Of a stretch of 64,000 bases of DNA, positions 38,065-48,646 are shown one piece after another. The stretch is from Candidatus Latescibacterota bacterium (GTDB lineage: Bacteria > Latescibacterota > UBA2968 > UBA8231). The position numbers and the translations under genes were made by a program. The notes beneath the pieces were generated by a model. It searched no databases and was not told where the DNA came from. It saw only the letters and a list, made by a program, of their open reading frames with translations. Position 1 is the first letter of the stretch. Each line of letters starts with the position of its first letter. The DNA lies in assembly GCA_965223905.1 (NCBI GenBank), contig CBDCXV010000011.1, positions 1,056,001-1,120,000 of the forward strand, in the 5' to 3' direction.

Positions 38065-40311
38065 TCAGTAGGCGACGGAGACGGGAATCGCCCGCTCCTT
38101 GTCGCCGGCATCCCCGTCGACGAGAATCCGCGCCAGGTACAGGCCGGGAGGCACCACCTGGCCGGCGTCGTCGGTCCCGTCCCAGGGGATCTCGTAGACG
38201 CCGCTGATGCCGGCCTCGTCATGCAGCCGCCGCACCCGGCGGCCCCCGAGATCGAACAGATCGACCTGCACGTCGCGGAGGGCGTCCACCTTCAGGAGGA
38301 TGAACCGCACCACCGCCTCGTCGTTGACGGCGTCGCCGTTGGGCGTGAAGACGCCGGGAGCGATCCCGAGGTCCTTGATCAGGCGATCGGACTCGGAGAA
38401 GGCGGGAAGCTGCACGGTCAGCAACCCGGGGGCCTTGACCCGGACCCGCTGCCAGGGGCTTTCCCCGTTGGCCACCGCCCCCTCGAAGAGGGTGTTGTCG
38501 CGCTCGAGACGGGTTTTGAAGGAGGCTTCAACCGCAAACCGGGTCGGCGTCTCCATCTCGATCACCACCGAATCGGGAAGGTTCGCGATCACCTGCGACG
38601 GCACCGGGGAGCCGTCGATCCGGACCTCGACCGAGTCTACCACGTCCGGCGCCCGGATAAGTATGCGGTCGAACCCCGGATCGCCGAAGCTGCTTTGCGG
38701 CTGCAGGAAACAGGTGAACCGGGTCAGCGAGTCCGGGCGGGTGACGCGCGGCTCTATGCGTCCGAAGATCGCCTTGACCAGGGGATCGGCCTGCCGCAGG
38801 ATGACGCTCTCGAGACCCGCGGCCACGCCGGGGTCGTCCGACTCCAGCCTGACCTCCAGCTGGACGAAGTCGGTCGGCGACGGCGAGGGAAACGGCTGTC
38901 CGGCCACCGGTGTCAACGGGGTCCAGCCGCTCCACTCCTCTTCGATGGGCAGCCGCTTCGTCGTCACCGGGCCCTTGAACGACTTCGGCAGGGAATTCCA
39001 TTTATCCTCGGTCACCACCTTCCCCTTGTTGTCCTTGAAGATCGAGGTGTCGATCACCGCGTCGCCGCTGCGGCTGCGCATGAGGACCCGGGTTCCCGGG
39101 GGCGTATCGGCCACCCAGTCGAGCGCGGTCACGTAGCCGCCCCCGGTGGCGATCACCTCCGAGGTCAGGGTCACCGCGGGCAGGAAGCCCTCGCCGAAGA
39201 GCATGAACTCGCTGAAGAAGGCGCCGCTGACGTGCGCCCCGGTACCGTGGAACTGGTACCAGAAGACGTAGCGGGCTTTTGCCGGGGGATCCAGGGTGAA
39301 GTCGTTGTGCCGCGGCCAGCGGTCCTTGTTGTCGTGGTCGACGACCTGCTGCCACTCGAGATTGCGGCCTTCGACCTGCCACTCCTCGGTTCGGGTCAGG
39401 ATGCTCTCCGTGCCGTCGGAGAAGTGGATCTGGTACCCCGGCATGCCGCTGAGAATGTCGAGGAACAGGTGTTCGATCCAGAACGAGGTTCCGAGATCGA
39501 GGCGGATCCAGTTGCCGGAGGAGATCCAGTCGTTGCCGAAGCGGGAGAGCTGGACCTGGGAGGTGACGACGCCGTCGAAGATCACCTTGGCCCCGGTGTT
39601 CTTTCCGGTCAGGACGCTGCCGCCCCGTTCGAGCGTGCCCATGGCAATGTTGTCGCCGACGGTCCAGACCTCGGCCTCGGCGAGGCTCGCCCCCTCGACC
39701 TTCTTGTCGAATACCACCTTGGCCATCTGGATCGGCCTGCCCAGCAGGATCTCCCCTCTCTCATTTGTCCAGGGGAGCGGGATCTCGACGATCTGCTCCT
39801 CGTTTCTGGCCACCGTCTGGTGCACCAACCGGTATTCCGGGAGCTTCGTCGCCGGCCTCGTCGCCCCGTCGGAAACGTACACCTTGAAGTCCCCGAAGGG
39901 GGGGCCGTCGGCTCCGAAGACCAGGCGCAGCTTCTTCGCCAGTACTTCGCGCCCCGTGTCGAGCTCGATCCACCAGGAGTCGACCGGGTCGTCCATTCCG
40001 GGGAGCCAGGCCGTGGCGGTGTCGCCGTCGATGGCCAGTGCCGCGCTGGCCTCGCTGGTGCCGACGGTGCGGATACCCCCCGTTCCCGCCAGGCGGCCGA
40101 GGTACTCGAACTCCGGGGCATCGAGCATGGCGTTGATGTCCTTGCGGATCGAGTCGGGACGGATGAGGCCGTCCTCCCCGAACCTGACCGCCCCGCCGGG
40201 ATGGGTCCAGCCCGTCTCGGGGTCGAGGATTTCCCCGGCAAGGATGACCAGGTCCCTGGCAGCACTTGCCGGAAGCGCCAATCCGGCCAGCAGAATAATG
40301 AGTGCGATCAT
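38065..40311 (-). CDS. Secreted protein with discoidin-like domains and C-terminal FlgD-Ig domain (paralog 3)
   Basis: Signal MIALIILLAGLALPASA; AIDGDTATAW; PGVFTPNGDAVND...WDGTDDAGQVVPPGLYLARI. Confidence 0.85.
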   Translation of the reverse strand: MIALIILLAGLALPASAARDLVILAGEILDPETGWTHPGGAVRFGEDGLIRPDSIRKDINAMLDAPEFEYLGRLAGTGGIRTVGTSEASAALAIDGDTATAWLPGMDDPVDSWWIELDTGREVLAKKLRLVFGADGPPFGDFKVYVSDGATRPATKLPEYRLVHQTVARNEEQIVEIPLPWTNERGEILLGRPIQMAKVVFDKKVEGASLAEAEVWTVGDNIAMGTLERGGSVLTGKNTGAKVIFDGVVTSQVQLSRFGNDWISSGNWIRLDLGTSFWIEHLFLDILSGMPGYQIHFSDGTESILTRTEEWQVEGRNLEWQQVVDHDNKDRWPRHNDFTLDPPAKARYVFWYQFHGTGAHVSGAFFSEFMLFGEGFLPAVTLTSEVIATGGGYVTALDWVADTPPGTRVLMRSRSGDAVIDTSIFKDNKGKVVTEDKWNSLPKSFKGPVTTKRLPIEEEWSGWTPLTPVAGQPFPSPSPTDFVQLEVRLESDDPGVAAGLESVILRQADPLVKAIFGRIEPRVTRPDSLTRFTCFLQPQSSFGDPGFDRILIRAPDVVDSVEVRIDGSPVPSQVIANLPDSVVIEMETPTRFAVEASFKTRLERDNTLFEGAVANGESPWQRVRVKAPGLLTVQLPAFSESDRLIKDLGIAPGVFTPNGDAVNDEAVVRFILLKVDALRDVQVDLFDLGGRRVRRLHDEAGISGVYEIPWDGTDDAGQVVPPGLYLARILVDGDAGDKERAIPVSVAY

Positions 40312-40325
40312 GGCCCTGCTTCCCG

Positions 40326-42956
40326 TCAGTTCTCGAGACCGGCGAAGACCTGGATGAAGATCACGTTGCCGGTCCGGGTGATATCCTTGAAATAGCGGGT
40401 TTCCTGCCGGAAGCCGACCTTGCTGGTCAGCGCGTAGCCGAGGTAGGCCGAGCGGTTGGTGTACTCGGTGGCCAGCACCAGGCCCTGGAAGTCGTCCTCC
40501 TGCGCCGCCGCCCTGACCGCGTCCTTGTCGAGCAGGTTGAAGAAAGCGGTGTACTCGATGCCGAACTCGACCGAGCTGCTTGCCGTGACCGGTTGCATCG
40601 CCAGCAGAGTCAGGGTCTCGCTCAACTCCTTCTGGCGCCGCCCTCCCTGCTCGAAGGGGGAACGGAAGCCGTAGCGGCTCTTGAACTTGGGAATCAGCTT
40701 GAGGCTGCTCACCTGATAGGAGGTGTGGCCGCGGTTGACGATGCCGAGGAACTCGGAGACCTCCTTCAGGCCGGGCCGTTCCTCCCGCTGGGAGTAGCGC
40801 TCGTACTTGATCTTGTTGACGATGGTGGCCCACCCCAGGCCGGTGTAGGTGAAATCGCTGTACAGGGTGTTGATCCAGGTGTCCCTGGCGACGAGGGGGT
40901 CGGCGAAAGCTACCATGGTGCCTCGCGTTCCCGGGGTCACCTCCCAGATCTCGAGGTTTTCCGGGATATCGTCCTTTACCGAGCGGATGTACTCGAAAAG
41001 GCGCCAGACGCCGGCCGGCATGTCCTGCTCGCTGGTCAACAGCGCGTACCAGGCCCGGTTCCTGCGATCGGTGGAGATCAGGTTCTCGCGGAAGCGGCCG
41101 GCCAGCACCCTGACCCCGCGGGCGATCTCGCCGCCGACGTAGGCGTTGTACCCCTGGTGATCCCGCTTGTAGGGGTAGTCCGCCTCGAGGTCGTTCTCGA
41201 AGCGGTCGACGACCGTGTTGTTGTTCATGTCGACCCCGAACAGGTACTCCGGGGGATCGACGACGTAGCGCAGGAAGGGCTCATCGTAGTCGGGGGTGAA
41301 GTTGTCGTTCTGGTTGAAGTCGGAGATGAAGTCGTTGTTGGCGTCGAGCCCGGGGTAGACTCCGCCGAGGCGCCGTTGGACCTGCGCCACCTCGTTGCTC
41401 GAGCGCTGGTTGTCCGCCTTGCGGATCCAGTCCGGCAGGCGGTCCTGGTCGTCGTTGTCCTCGACCATCTCGAACCAGTAGCGCTGCTCGTTGGAGTAGT
41501 CGATGATGCCGCTCTGGTCGGGAACGTACATGGTGGTGCTGTATTCGGGATCCATCGAGAACGCCTCGGCGTAGGCGAACCACGGGTAGAACAGACGCTG
41601 GGCGCTGACGTACCAGGCGTTGGACTTTTCCGAGGCCAGGGTGTGGTCCCGAATCCGGGTGTTGGCGTTGGGAAACCGGCGATGCCGGCGATTTAGGGCG
41701 AACTCGCTGCGCAGCCAGAAACCGTACAAGTCCTCCAGTTCGAAGGTCGCGCTGTAAATCTCGTTGCCTGTCGGCAAACCGTAGTCGAAGCGGACGACCT
41801 GCTGGTTGGTGGCGTCCTTTACGTTTTTCTCCGCCGCAGCGACCGGCAGAAACACCTCCTGCCCGAGATGGCCGAGCTGGCTGTTCGAGGTGACCTCGAT
41901 GCGATAGTCGTTGGCCACCACCAGGTTGAAGGTGACGCGGCGAAACCAGTTCACGTCGCGCACTTCCTGGTCTTCGTTGACGTAGGACCAGCCTTCGAGG
42001 TTGTAGGTTAGGAAGATCTCCTCCGGGCCGCTGGCCTCCCGGCGCCCCTTCTTCACCGTGCCGCCCCTGACTGCGGGCGATATGTCGGCCCGGCGGCCGT
42101 CGATGAAGATCGACTGGCTGAAGAGCAGGGCTCCGCCCTCGCCGTCCTCGGGGGAGTCGTCGCGGAGCCGGATCGTGATTTCCCGGACGAGCTGCCCGTT
42201 CTGGTCCGTGGTCAGCTTCCCCTTCATCGAGTTGTCCGCCCAGTCGTGCAGACTGCGGCCGAGAAAGACGTTGGCGTAGGCGCCCCCCACGGTGACGAAA
42301 TCGCCGACCTGCGCCGTTGCCCGGCCTCCGATCAGGGTGGCGATATCGGTGCGCGCCAGGGGTGGGAACCTTTCGGACTGGAGGGACTTGGCCGGGTCGC
42401 TGGCCCTCGAGGCGATGATGGAAACCGCGTACTTGTCGCTGAGGAAATCCCACTGGACGCCGTTGAAGGTCGGCTTGGAGAACGTCAGCGGGGTCAGCGT
42501 GGTCCTGATCTCCTCACCTATGGTCAGGGCTGTGTAGAACTGCCCCCGGGTGGAGGAGGAGACCAGGAGATTGGAGAACCAGCTGCCGAAGCGGGGATCC
42601 TTGTAGACGGTGCTGCCGAAGGCGCGAGGTTGATCCTGGCTCCAGTCGTAGATCCTCCAGCCCCGGGTGATGTAGTTGCCGTAGATGTCGTACAGGCGCG
42701 AACCTTCCAGCGCCACGTTGGTGTAGCGCTGGTACTGTTGACGCGCGTAGTTCGAATAGCGCCACTGCTCCCAGCCGTACTGGCTGTAGAGCTCCTGGGG
42801 CACGTACCACTTGCGGAACGTCGGGTCCGCGGCCGCCAGGTCGCTCCCCGGGCCCTGAATTCGCGACGGGTCGAACCCGGTGCCGTACTGGGCCGTAGCG
42901 AGTCCGGCGCTGCAGGTGAGGAGCGCACCGGTCAGAGCTGCAATCTTGCTCCGCAT
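40326..42956 (-). CDS. Large exported protein, probable outer-membrane beta-barrel with Ca-binding DxDxD loops
   Basis: Signal peptide; amphipathic strands; DNDDQD, DANND, DMNNN motifs; C-terminal VIFIQVFAGL. Confidence 0.75.
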   Translation of the reverse strand: MRSKIAALTGALLTCSAGLATAQYGTGFDPSRIQGPGSDLAAADPTFRKWYVPQELYSQYGWEQWRYSNYARQQYQRYTNVALEGSRLYDIYGNYITRGWRIYDWSQDQPRAFGSTVYKDPRFGSWFSNLLVSSSTRGQFYTALTIGEEIRTTLTPLTFSKPTFNGVQWDFLSDKYAVSIIASRASDPAKSLQSERFPPLARTDIATLIGGRATAQVGDFVTVGGAYANVFLGRSLHDWADNSMKGKLTTDQNGQLVREITIRLRDDSPEDGEGGALLFSQSIFIDGRRADISPAVRGGTVKKGRREASGPEEIFLTYNLEGWSYVNEDQEVRDVNWFRRVTFNLVVANDYRIEVTSNSQLGHLGQEVFLPVAAAEKNVKDATNQQVVRFDYGLPTGNEIYSATFELEDLYGFWLRSEFALNRRHRRFPNANTRIRDHTLASEKSNAWYVSAQRLFYPWFAYAEAFSMDPEYSTTMYVPDQSGIIDYSNEQRYWFEMVEDNDDQDRLPDWIRKADNQRSSNEVAQVQRRLGGVYPGLDANNDFISDFNQNDNFTPDYDEPFLRYVVDPPEYLFGVDMNNNTVVDRFENDLEADYPYKRDHQGYNAYVGGEIARGVRVLAGRFRENLISTDRRNRAWYALLTSEQDMPAGVWRLFEYIRSVKDDIPENLEIWEVTPGTRGTMVAFADPLVARDTWINTLYSDFTYTGLGWATIVNKIKYERYSQREERPGLKEVSEFLGIVNRGHTSYQVSSLKLIPKFKSRYGFRSPFEQGGRRQKELSETLTLLAMQPVTASSSVEFGIEYTAFFNLLDKDAVRAAAQEDDFQGLVLATEYTNRSAYLGYALTSKVGFRQETRYFKDITRTGNVIFIQVFAGLEN

Positions 42957-43004
42957 TTATCTACTCCCTTCCCTTCTGGCGGGTCACTTGCGGAAGCCCG
43001 CTCC

Positions 43005-44942
43005 TCAGTAGGCGATGCCGACGGTCGCCATCCGGGCGAGTTCCCCGGCGTCGCCGTCGAGCCTGATCCTGCACAGGTACAGCCCCGGAGGCAGCAACCT
43101 GCCCTCCCGGTCCCGTCCATCCCAGCTCAGCTCGAAATCGCCGCTTTCGACCTCCTCCGATAGAACCCCGGCCATCAGGCGTCCGGAGAGGTCGCGTATC
43201 TCCACCTCCAGCACGGCTGCGCCGATCACCTGGGAAACCTGGAAGGCGATGCGGGTCCGGTCGTTGACGTCATCCCCGTTGGGGGTGAGCAGGCGCGGCT
43301 GTATCGACAGGTTGGTCAGGATCCTGCCGAGCGACTGGTCGGAGCCGAGGACGGTCAGGTCTCCCACGGATTCTTCCTCGATGTCCTGCGGAAGCAGATC
43401 GGGGTCCCAGCTGGACCAGACCCGTCCGCCGAAAACGGTGCCGTAAACGAGAATGCTCGCATCGAAGGTCAGCTCCAGGGTGTCCAGGCTGCTGGCGACC
43501 CGGTTCTCCTCTCCGAGCAGCAGCACCTGGAGCGCCTCCCCGGTCCTCGATTCGTACTCTTCGCCCCTGGTCAGCAGGCGGTCCCCCAAGCGGACGCCGA
43601 GCAGCCGGACATCGGTCGGAGTGTCGAGCTCGATGGCGTCGAAGCCGACGTCGTCCTCCCCGATATCGGAGGCCAGCCGGTAGGTGAAGGTGGTATCGAC
43701 CCCCAGCTCGATTCCCTCGCGGGGAGTGATCTGTCCCGCCACCTGGCGCGCCTGGGTCGGACTCGAGAATTCAAAGGCGATGGAGTCGAGCCGCGCGCGG
43801 CTGCTCCGCACCGAGGTCTCGAGGATCGCCCTGAACTGGAAGAACTGCTTCGGCCCGGTGGTCGCCGCCCTCTGTCCCGGCGCTTCGTACGGCGCCGACC
43901 AGAGCGTCCAGTTCTCGATGTCGTCTCCGCTGGAGCCCTGGGAAGGACCCTGCAACCTGCCCCAGGCTGTCTTGTTGTCCTCGTCGCTTCCCTTTTCGAG
44001 CGGCACCTCGGCGCCGACGTCGTTGATCTCGTTGTAGATCCGGGTGGTGGGGTCGCTGCCGAAGCGGGTCTGGATTACCGCCCGGGTTCCCGGGTCGGCT
44101 TCTCCCGACCAGAACAGGCGGTTGAAGTTGGCCGGCGCCGGCAGCTCGATTACCCGGGAAGTGTAGACGGCCCGCTGGACGAAGCCGTCCCCGCGGAGGT
44201 CGATCTGATCGATCTCGAACGGCTGGGGCGTGGTGACCCTGATCTGGAGAAAGCGGGTGTACTCGGGCTCGAAGTCGGAGTTGCGGACCTCGGGCTCGGA
44301 ATTCGAGCCGACCTTGGCGAGGATTTCGAACCCGCAGGAAGCCTGGTTCGGGTTCCAGTAGGAACCGCTCGACCCCCCGGGGTCGCCGCACCGCTCCCAG
44401 ATTTCATCCGAGTCGTCCCTGGTCAGGAGCTCGTACCCCTTGATGAAAAGATCGACGTGGTGGCCGAACAGCAGCGGCCTGAAGATAACCGTGGTGAGGG
44501 GATACGCTATGCCGAGGTCGAGATAGAAGGACACCCCGATGTTGCTGCGGTCGCGGTTGAAGCGGTCGAAGGACACGCCGTCCTCTTCCCCGTCGGCGAG
44601 GATCACCAGCTCGGAGCGCTGGCCGAAGGGCAGGTGATGGGTCCAGATGCGGCCGTCCCCCGGTTCGTCGAAGACCGAGAGGCTGGCCGTGCCCCTCAGC
44701 CGCCCCCGGGCATACAGGTCGTTCAGCAGATTGACGCTGGAATCGGCGCGAACCGGCTGCAGCCACCCCGGCTCGGAATCGACGTCCGCAGCCACCATGG
44801 ATCCCCACTCCGCCCAGGGACGCTCGTCGTTGCCGACCGTGAAGCGGCCGAGCTCTCCGTGGGCGCCCGAACCCAGAACCAGGGCGCCGATCAGGAGCAT
44901 CCGCGATCGCAGCGCGGAGGAGGCTTCAGGCATGGTTGCCAT
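43005..44942 (-). CDS. Secreted FlgD-Ig-tailed protein (paralog 2)
   Basis: FTVGNDERPW N-terminus; YTSRVI, NFNRLFW, FFQFR, PRLLTPNGDDVND, WDGRD...PPGLYL. Confidence 0.85.
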   Translation of the reverse strand: MATMPEASSALRSRMLLIGALVLGSGAHGELGRFTVGNDERPWAEWGSMVAADVDSEPGWLQPVRADSSVNLLNDLYARGRLRGTASLSVFDEPGDGRIWTHHLPFGQRSELVILADGEEDGVSFDRFNRDRSNIGVSFYLDLGIAYPLTTVIFRPLLFGHHVDLFIKGYELLTRDDSDEIWERCGDPGGSSGSYWNPNQASCGFEILAKVGSNSEPEVRNSDFEPEYTRFLQIRVTTPQPFEIDQIDLRGDGFVQRAVYTSRVIELPAPANFNRLFWSGEADPGTRAVIQTRFGSDPTTRIYNEINDVGAEVPLEKGSDEDNKTAWGRLQGPSQGSSGDDIENWTLWSAPYEAPGQRAATTGPKQFFQFRAILETSVRSSRARLDSIAFEFSSPTQARQVAGQITPREGIELGVDTTFTYRLASDIGEDDVGFDAIELDTPTDVRLLGVRLGDRLLTRGEEYESRTGEALQVLLLGEENRVASSLDTLELTFDASILVYGTVFGGRVWSSWDPDLLPQDIEEESVGDLTVLGSDQSLGRILTNLSIQPRLLTPNGDDVNDRTRIAFQVSQVIGAAVLEVEIRDLSGRLMAGVLSEEVESGDFELSWDGRDREGRLLPPGLYLCRIRLDGDAGELARMATVGIAY

Positions 44943-44961
44943 TCTCCCGTGCAGACCGGCC

Positions 44962-46751
44962 TCAGTAGGCCACCCCGACGGCCCCGAGCCCGACGTGGGT
45001 CTCCGCATCCCCGTCGAGGTGCACGCGCGCCAGGTAGATCCCGGGAGCCACCAGGGCCCCGGAGTCGTCCCTCCCGTCCCAGGGCAGCAGGAAACTGTCG
45101 TTGGCGACCTCCCGGTCGTGGAGCGTGGCCATGGGCCGGCCGGCGAGATCGTATATCCGCACCTCCAGCGGTGCTGGGCCCAGGACCTGGGCAACCTGGA
45201 AGGCGATCAGGGTGCGATCGTTGATCCCGTCCCCGTTGGGGGAGAAGACCGGCGGCTGACTGGAGACGCCTCCGAGTATGCGCCCCAGGGAAGACTCGAA
45301 GCCGAGCACGGTCAGCGCCCCCTCCCGGGCGGCTTCGAGGCGCTGGGGCAGGAGGGCTTCTTCCCAGCTCGCGCGCACGCGGCCGCCGAATACCGTGCCG
45401 TACACGAGCATGGTGGTCTCGAAGCCCAGCTCGACGACGTCCTCGTCGCTGGCGACGCGGTCCCCTTCGTCGAGCAGCCGCACCTCGAGGAGGTTTTTTT
45501 CGATTGTAGTTCCGTAGCTCTCCCCGCCCAGAAGCCTGCCGCCGACGCGGACCCAGCGCACGGTGGCCGGGGAGGGCATGTCGAGTTCCACGGTGTCGAA
45601 GCCGGTATCGTCCGGGTCGATCCGCGGTTCGATGCGATAGGTGAACTCGGAGCGCCGGCCGACGTCGACGGTGTCGGGGGATATGGCGGCCAGCACCTGC
45701 CGGGCCGGCGTGGGAGAGGAGTACTCCAGGGCGATGGAGTCGATCCGGGCCTGACTGGCGATCAGATCGGTTCCCAGATCGATTCGGAACTGGAAGAACC
45801 GGGCCGGTCCCGGCGCGACCAGATCCTGGCCCGACTCCCCGTAGGGATCGGACCATTCCCAGCCTGCGGTATCCTCCAGGGTCCGGGCGAAGCGGGTCCG
45901 CACGACGGCCTCGGCCCCCGGGTCGGTGTCGGCGGCCCAGAACAGTCGTCCGAAGTTGGCGATATCCCCTTCCAGCTCATGCATGTCGATGACTTCGGAA
46001 GTAAACGCCGCCTGCTTGACCGAACCCTCCCCCCTGATTTCGAACTGGTCCATCTCAAACGGTTCCGGCGCCGTGTTCCTGAACCTGATGTAGCGGATGT
46101 ACTGGGGAGGGAAGCTCGAGTTCTGCACCAGCGGATTGACGTTGGTCGCTTCCTGGGTCAGCAGGAAGGCAGGGGACTTGAGATCTGGCTTGCCCAGCAC
46201 ATCGACCGCTTCCGGGTCGCCGTCGTTGGCGAACAGCTGGTAGCCGCGGACGAAATCGTCGTCGTGCGGGTCTCGAAGACGTGGATGAAAGCGGATCTCG
46301 TCTACCGGGAAGGGTGCCCCGAGGTCGATGATGATGGAGACCCCGGCCTTGCTCGAGGCGCCGCCGAGAAAATGGAGGAACGCCTCGTCATCCTCGGTGC
46401 GGCCGTCCGCCAGCAGGATGAGGTTGGCGTTGTCCCCGTCCCCCGTCGCCGCACCGGTGCCGTTCACGGTCCAGATGCGGCCGTCGACCCCGAGCCTGAA
46501 ACCTTCGGCCCTGGGTTTTTCCCGGTGTACAACATGCCGTCGAGAAAAAGCTGGTGCAGGATATTGACGTCCCGCGTGATCCAGACCGGCGCCAGCCATC
46601 CCGGCCGGGCTTCCAGATCGACAGCCTCCATCTCTCCCGCCTGCGCCCAGGGACGCTGGGCATTGCCTACGACGAAGCGCTGAATTTCAGCCAGGGAGGG
46701 TGAAACGGCCGCCAATGAGGTCAGGGCGGTGAGGGTGCAGAGCCGTTTCAT
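44962..46751 (-). CDS. Secreted FlgD-Ig-tailed protein (paralog 1), frameshift near 46510
   Basis: MKRLCTL...FVVGNAQRPW in ORF 46464-46751; body in ORF 44962-46599 with FTSEVI, NFGRLFW, FFQFR, PPVFSPNGDGIND. Confidence 0.82.
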
Positions 46752-46764
46752 CAGGCCGCGGATT

Positions 46765-47508
46765 TTACTCCCGCTCCACCGTTCGCGCGAAGTGGAAAAC
46801 CAGGTCGCGCGTCTCGATCGGCTCGCTGCGATAGTCGAAGCGCAGGGACACCTCTTCGAGCGCCACCGAGACGTTCTCGACGTCGTCGTGCAGCCTGGGG
46901 AAGACGACGAACCCTTCGACTTCCTGTCCTGCGAAGACCAGTTCGGACTCGGGGTACATGGTGCTCCGCAGAATGCTTACGCGCTCGTTGAAGTTGCTGC
47001 TGGGGATGCCGGCGTAGGCGGTGTTGTACGGGTAGTAGGATTCCTTGAGAAAAGAGACGCTGCGGGACGGGTAGATGCGGCCGTTGCCGCTGCCCATCGT
47101 CATGTTCTGGGGATCAATCAGCACCTTCGGGAAGGAGTAGTTCTCCACCTTGAGGAAGAAGATGGTGAAGCGCGACGGGGTACGGGTTTCTCCCTGCGGA
47201 ATCCAGTTGCCGTAGGTGTATGGATTCAGGGAGTTCTCCTCGTCCCCGGAGTACTGCGGGAACTGCCGGTTCACCTCCTCGTCCGTCATCGCCTTGAGGC
47301 TCACCCGGAGCCGCTCGATATGGTGGGTGACCGTGCCGTCGTCGGCGATGCTGACGTTCTCGCCGTGCCGGACCTCGGGCAGCGGCTTCAGCGGGCCGGG
47401 AAGGAGGCGGTAGGCGCATCCGGTTGCCAGCGCCGCCACCAGCAGAACGGCCGCGAGGGAGAGCGGGACTGCGAGTCTGGCCGGGACTTTGTGCAGCTTC
47501 ATGTCCAA
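46765..47508 (-). CDS. Lipoprotein of unknown function
   Basis: Lipobox ATGC; NPYTYGNW...RFTIFFLKVENYSFPKV. Confidence 0.8.
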   Translation of the reverse strand: MDMKLHKVPARLAVPLSLAAVLLVAALATGCAYRLLPGPLKPLPEVRHGENVSIADDGTVTHHIERLRVSLKAMTDEEVNRQFPQYSGDEENSLNPYTYGNWIPQGETRTPSRFTIFFLKVENYSFPKVLIDPQNMTMGSGNGRIYPSRSVSFLKESYYPYNTAYAGIPSSNFNERVSILRSTMYPESELVFAGQEVEGFVVFPRLHDDVENVSVALEEVSLRFDYRSEPIETRDLVFHFARTVERE

Positions 47509-47528
47509 AGCCTCTGATAGTGGAATGG

Positions 47529-47565
47529 AAGGGGGGCGAGAAATCCCGGATTTCCCGCCCCCCTT
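47529..47565 (-). terminator. Strong intergenic hairpin (terminator or mRNA stabiliser)
   Basis: AAGGGGGGCGGGAAATCC-G-GGATTTCTCGCCCCCCTT on the minus strand; weak U-tract. Confidence 0.6.
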
Positions 47566-47604
47566 GTCGAACGGTGCTTCGTGCGGGCTGGAGCGTTGTG
47601 GATA

Positions 47605-48519
47605 CTACTGGGCCAGCGCCGCCTTCACCCTGCCCCAGGAGCTGTTCTCGACCGCGGTCGCGGTGTTGTAGAGACCCTCGGTATCCTCGACGCTCAACAG
47701 GAACCAGTCGGCCAGCACCTCGCCGCCGATCTGGGAACCCCCACCGAAGTGGAAGCTGACGCCGCCGCTGTTGCCGCCGTCGGCGTCCTTGTCGGAGACG
47801 CTCATGGAAAGGCCGACGATCTCCCCGACCTCCCATTCGGCCAGTCTCGAACCGTCGATGCCGCCTGCGGAGCTGTTGGCGATGTGATCGAAGGGCTGGT
47901 ACAGGTACTCGACATTGTAGGAGCCGTCGGCACCTTCGACCCAGTCCCTGCGGCTGAACTCCAGAAAGACGTAAGGAGGTTCGAAGGCCCAGTCCATCTC
48001 CTCGTGATCGACGAAGGCGCCGGTGATGCCGCCCAGTTTGGGCTGAACGTATATCTGCTGGTAATCGTGCATGGTGTCGAGCATCTGGCCCGTAAAGGAG
48101 ACCTCGCCGCCGTGGTCGGCGTCGATGGCCATCTGAATGTTGTCCTCGGCCCAGCCCATGCAGTAGCATTCGTCCGGGGAGTAGAAGTAGTCGTCGACGA
48201 CCTGGACCGCCCAGAGAACCTGGTCGGTCGCGGGGACCCAGGCGGGCCCGTAGATGAGCAGATCGAAGTCGTCCTTGGTCTTGAGTTGCTCGTCCTCATT
48301 CCACTTCCCGCTGGGAATGAACCAGTCCAGGTTGTAGATGTACTCGTCCGGGAAGAAGGCCCAGTCGCTGAGGTCGCCGTCGATGGCCGGGACCAAGTCC
48401 TGGCGAACGGCGGGGACGAAGAAGGGGTTGCCCTCGTCGTTCGGGCCGTACGCGTGTCCGCTGACCGTCCCGTTAACTGCGAGGATGAGGGCAAATGCTG
48501 CTAGGAATAAGCGATTCAT
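47605..48519 (-). CDS. Secreted CBM9/DOMON-like protein with C-terminal TAVExxSWGRVK tail
   Basis: Signal peptide; PAIDGDLSDW, VVDD, IDADHGG, SVSDKD; ends TAVENSSWGRVKAALAQ. Confidence 0.75.
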   Translation of the reverse strand: MNRLFLAAFALILAVNGTVSGHAYGPNDEGNPFFVPAVRQDLVPAIDGDLSDWAFFPDEYIYNLDWFIPSGKWNEDEQLKTKDDFDLLIYGPAWVPATDQVLWAVQVVDDYFYSPDECYCMGWAEDNIQMAIDADHGGEVSFTGQMLDTMHDYQQIYVQPKLGGITGAFVDHEEMDWAFEPPYVFLEFSRRDWVEGADGSYNVEYLYQPFDHIANSSAGGIDGSRLAEWEVGEIVGLSMSVSDKDADGGNSGGVSFHFGGGSQIGGEVLADWFLLSVEDTEGLYNTATAVENSSWGRVKAALAQ

Positions 48520-48646
48520 CAGGTCGATCTCCTGTCAGTTGTTGTTGGGTATCTCAAGTCCGCTCGGATCAGGTGCCGCCCGTTTGTCGCCTCCTTCCGG
48601 TTTCAGGCGGGTTTGAGTTGTCCAACCGGACACTCACTACGCCGTC

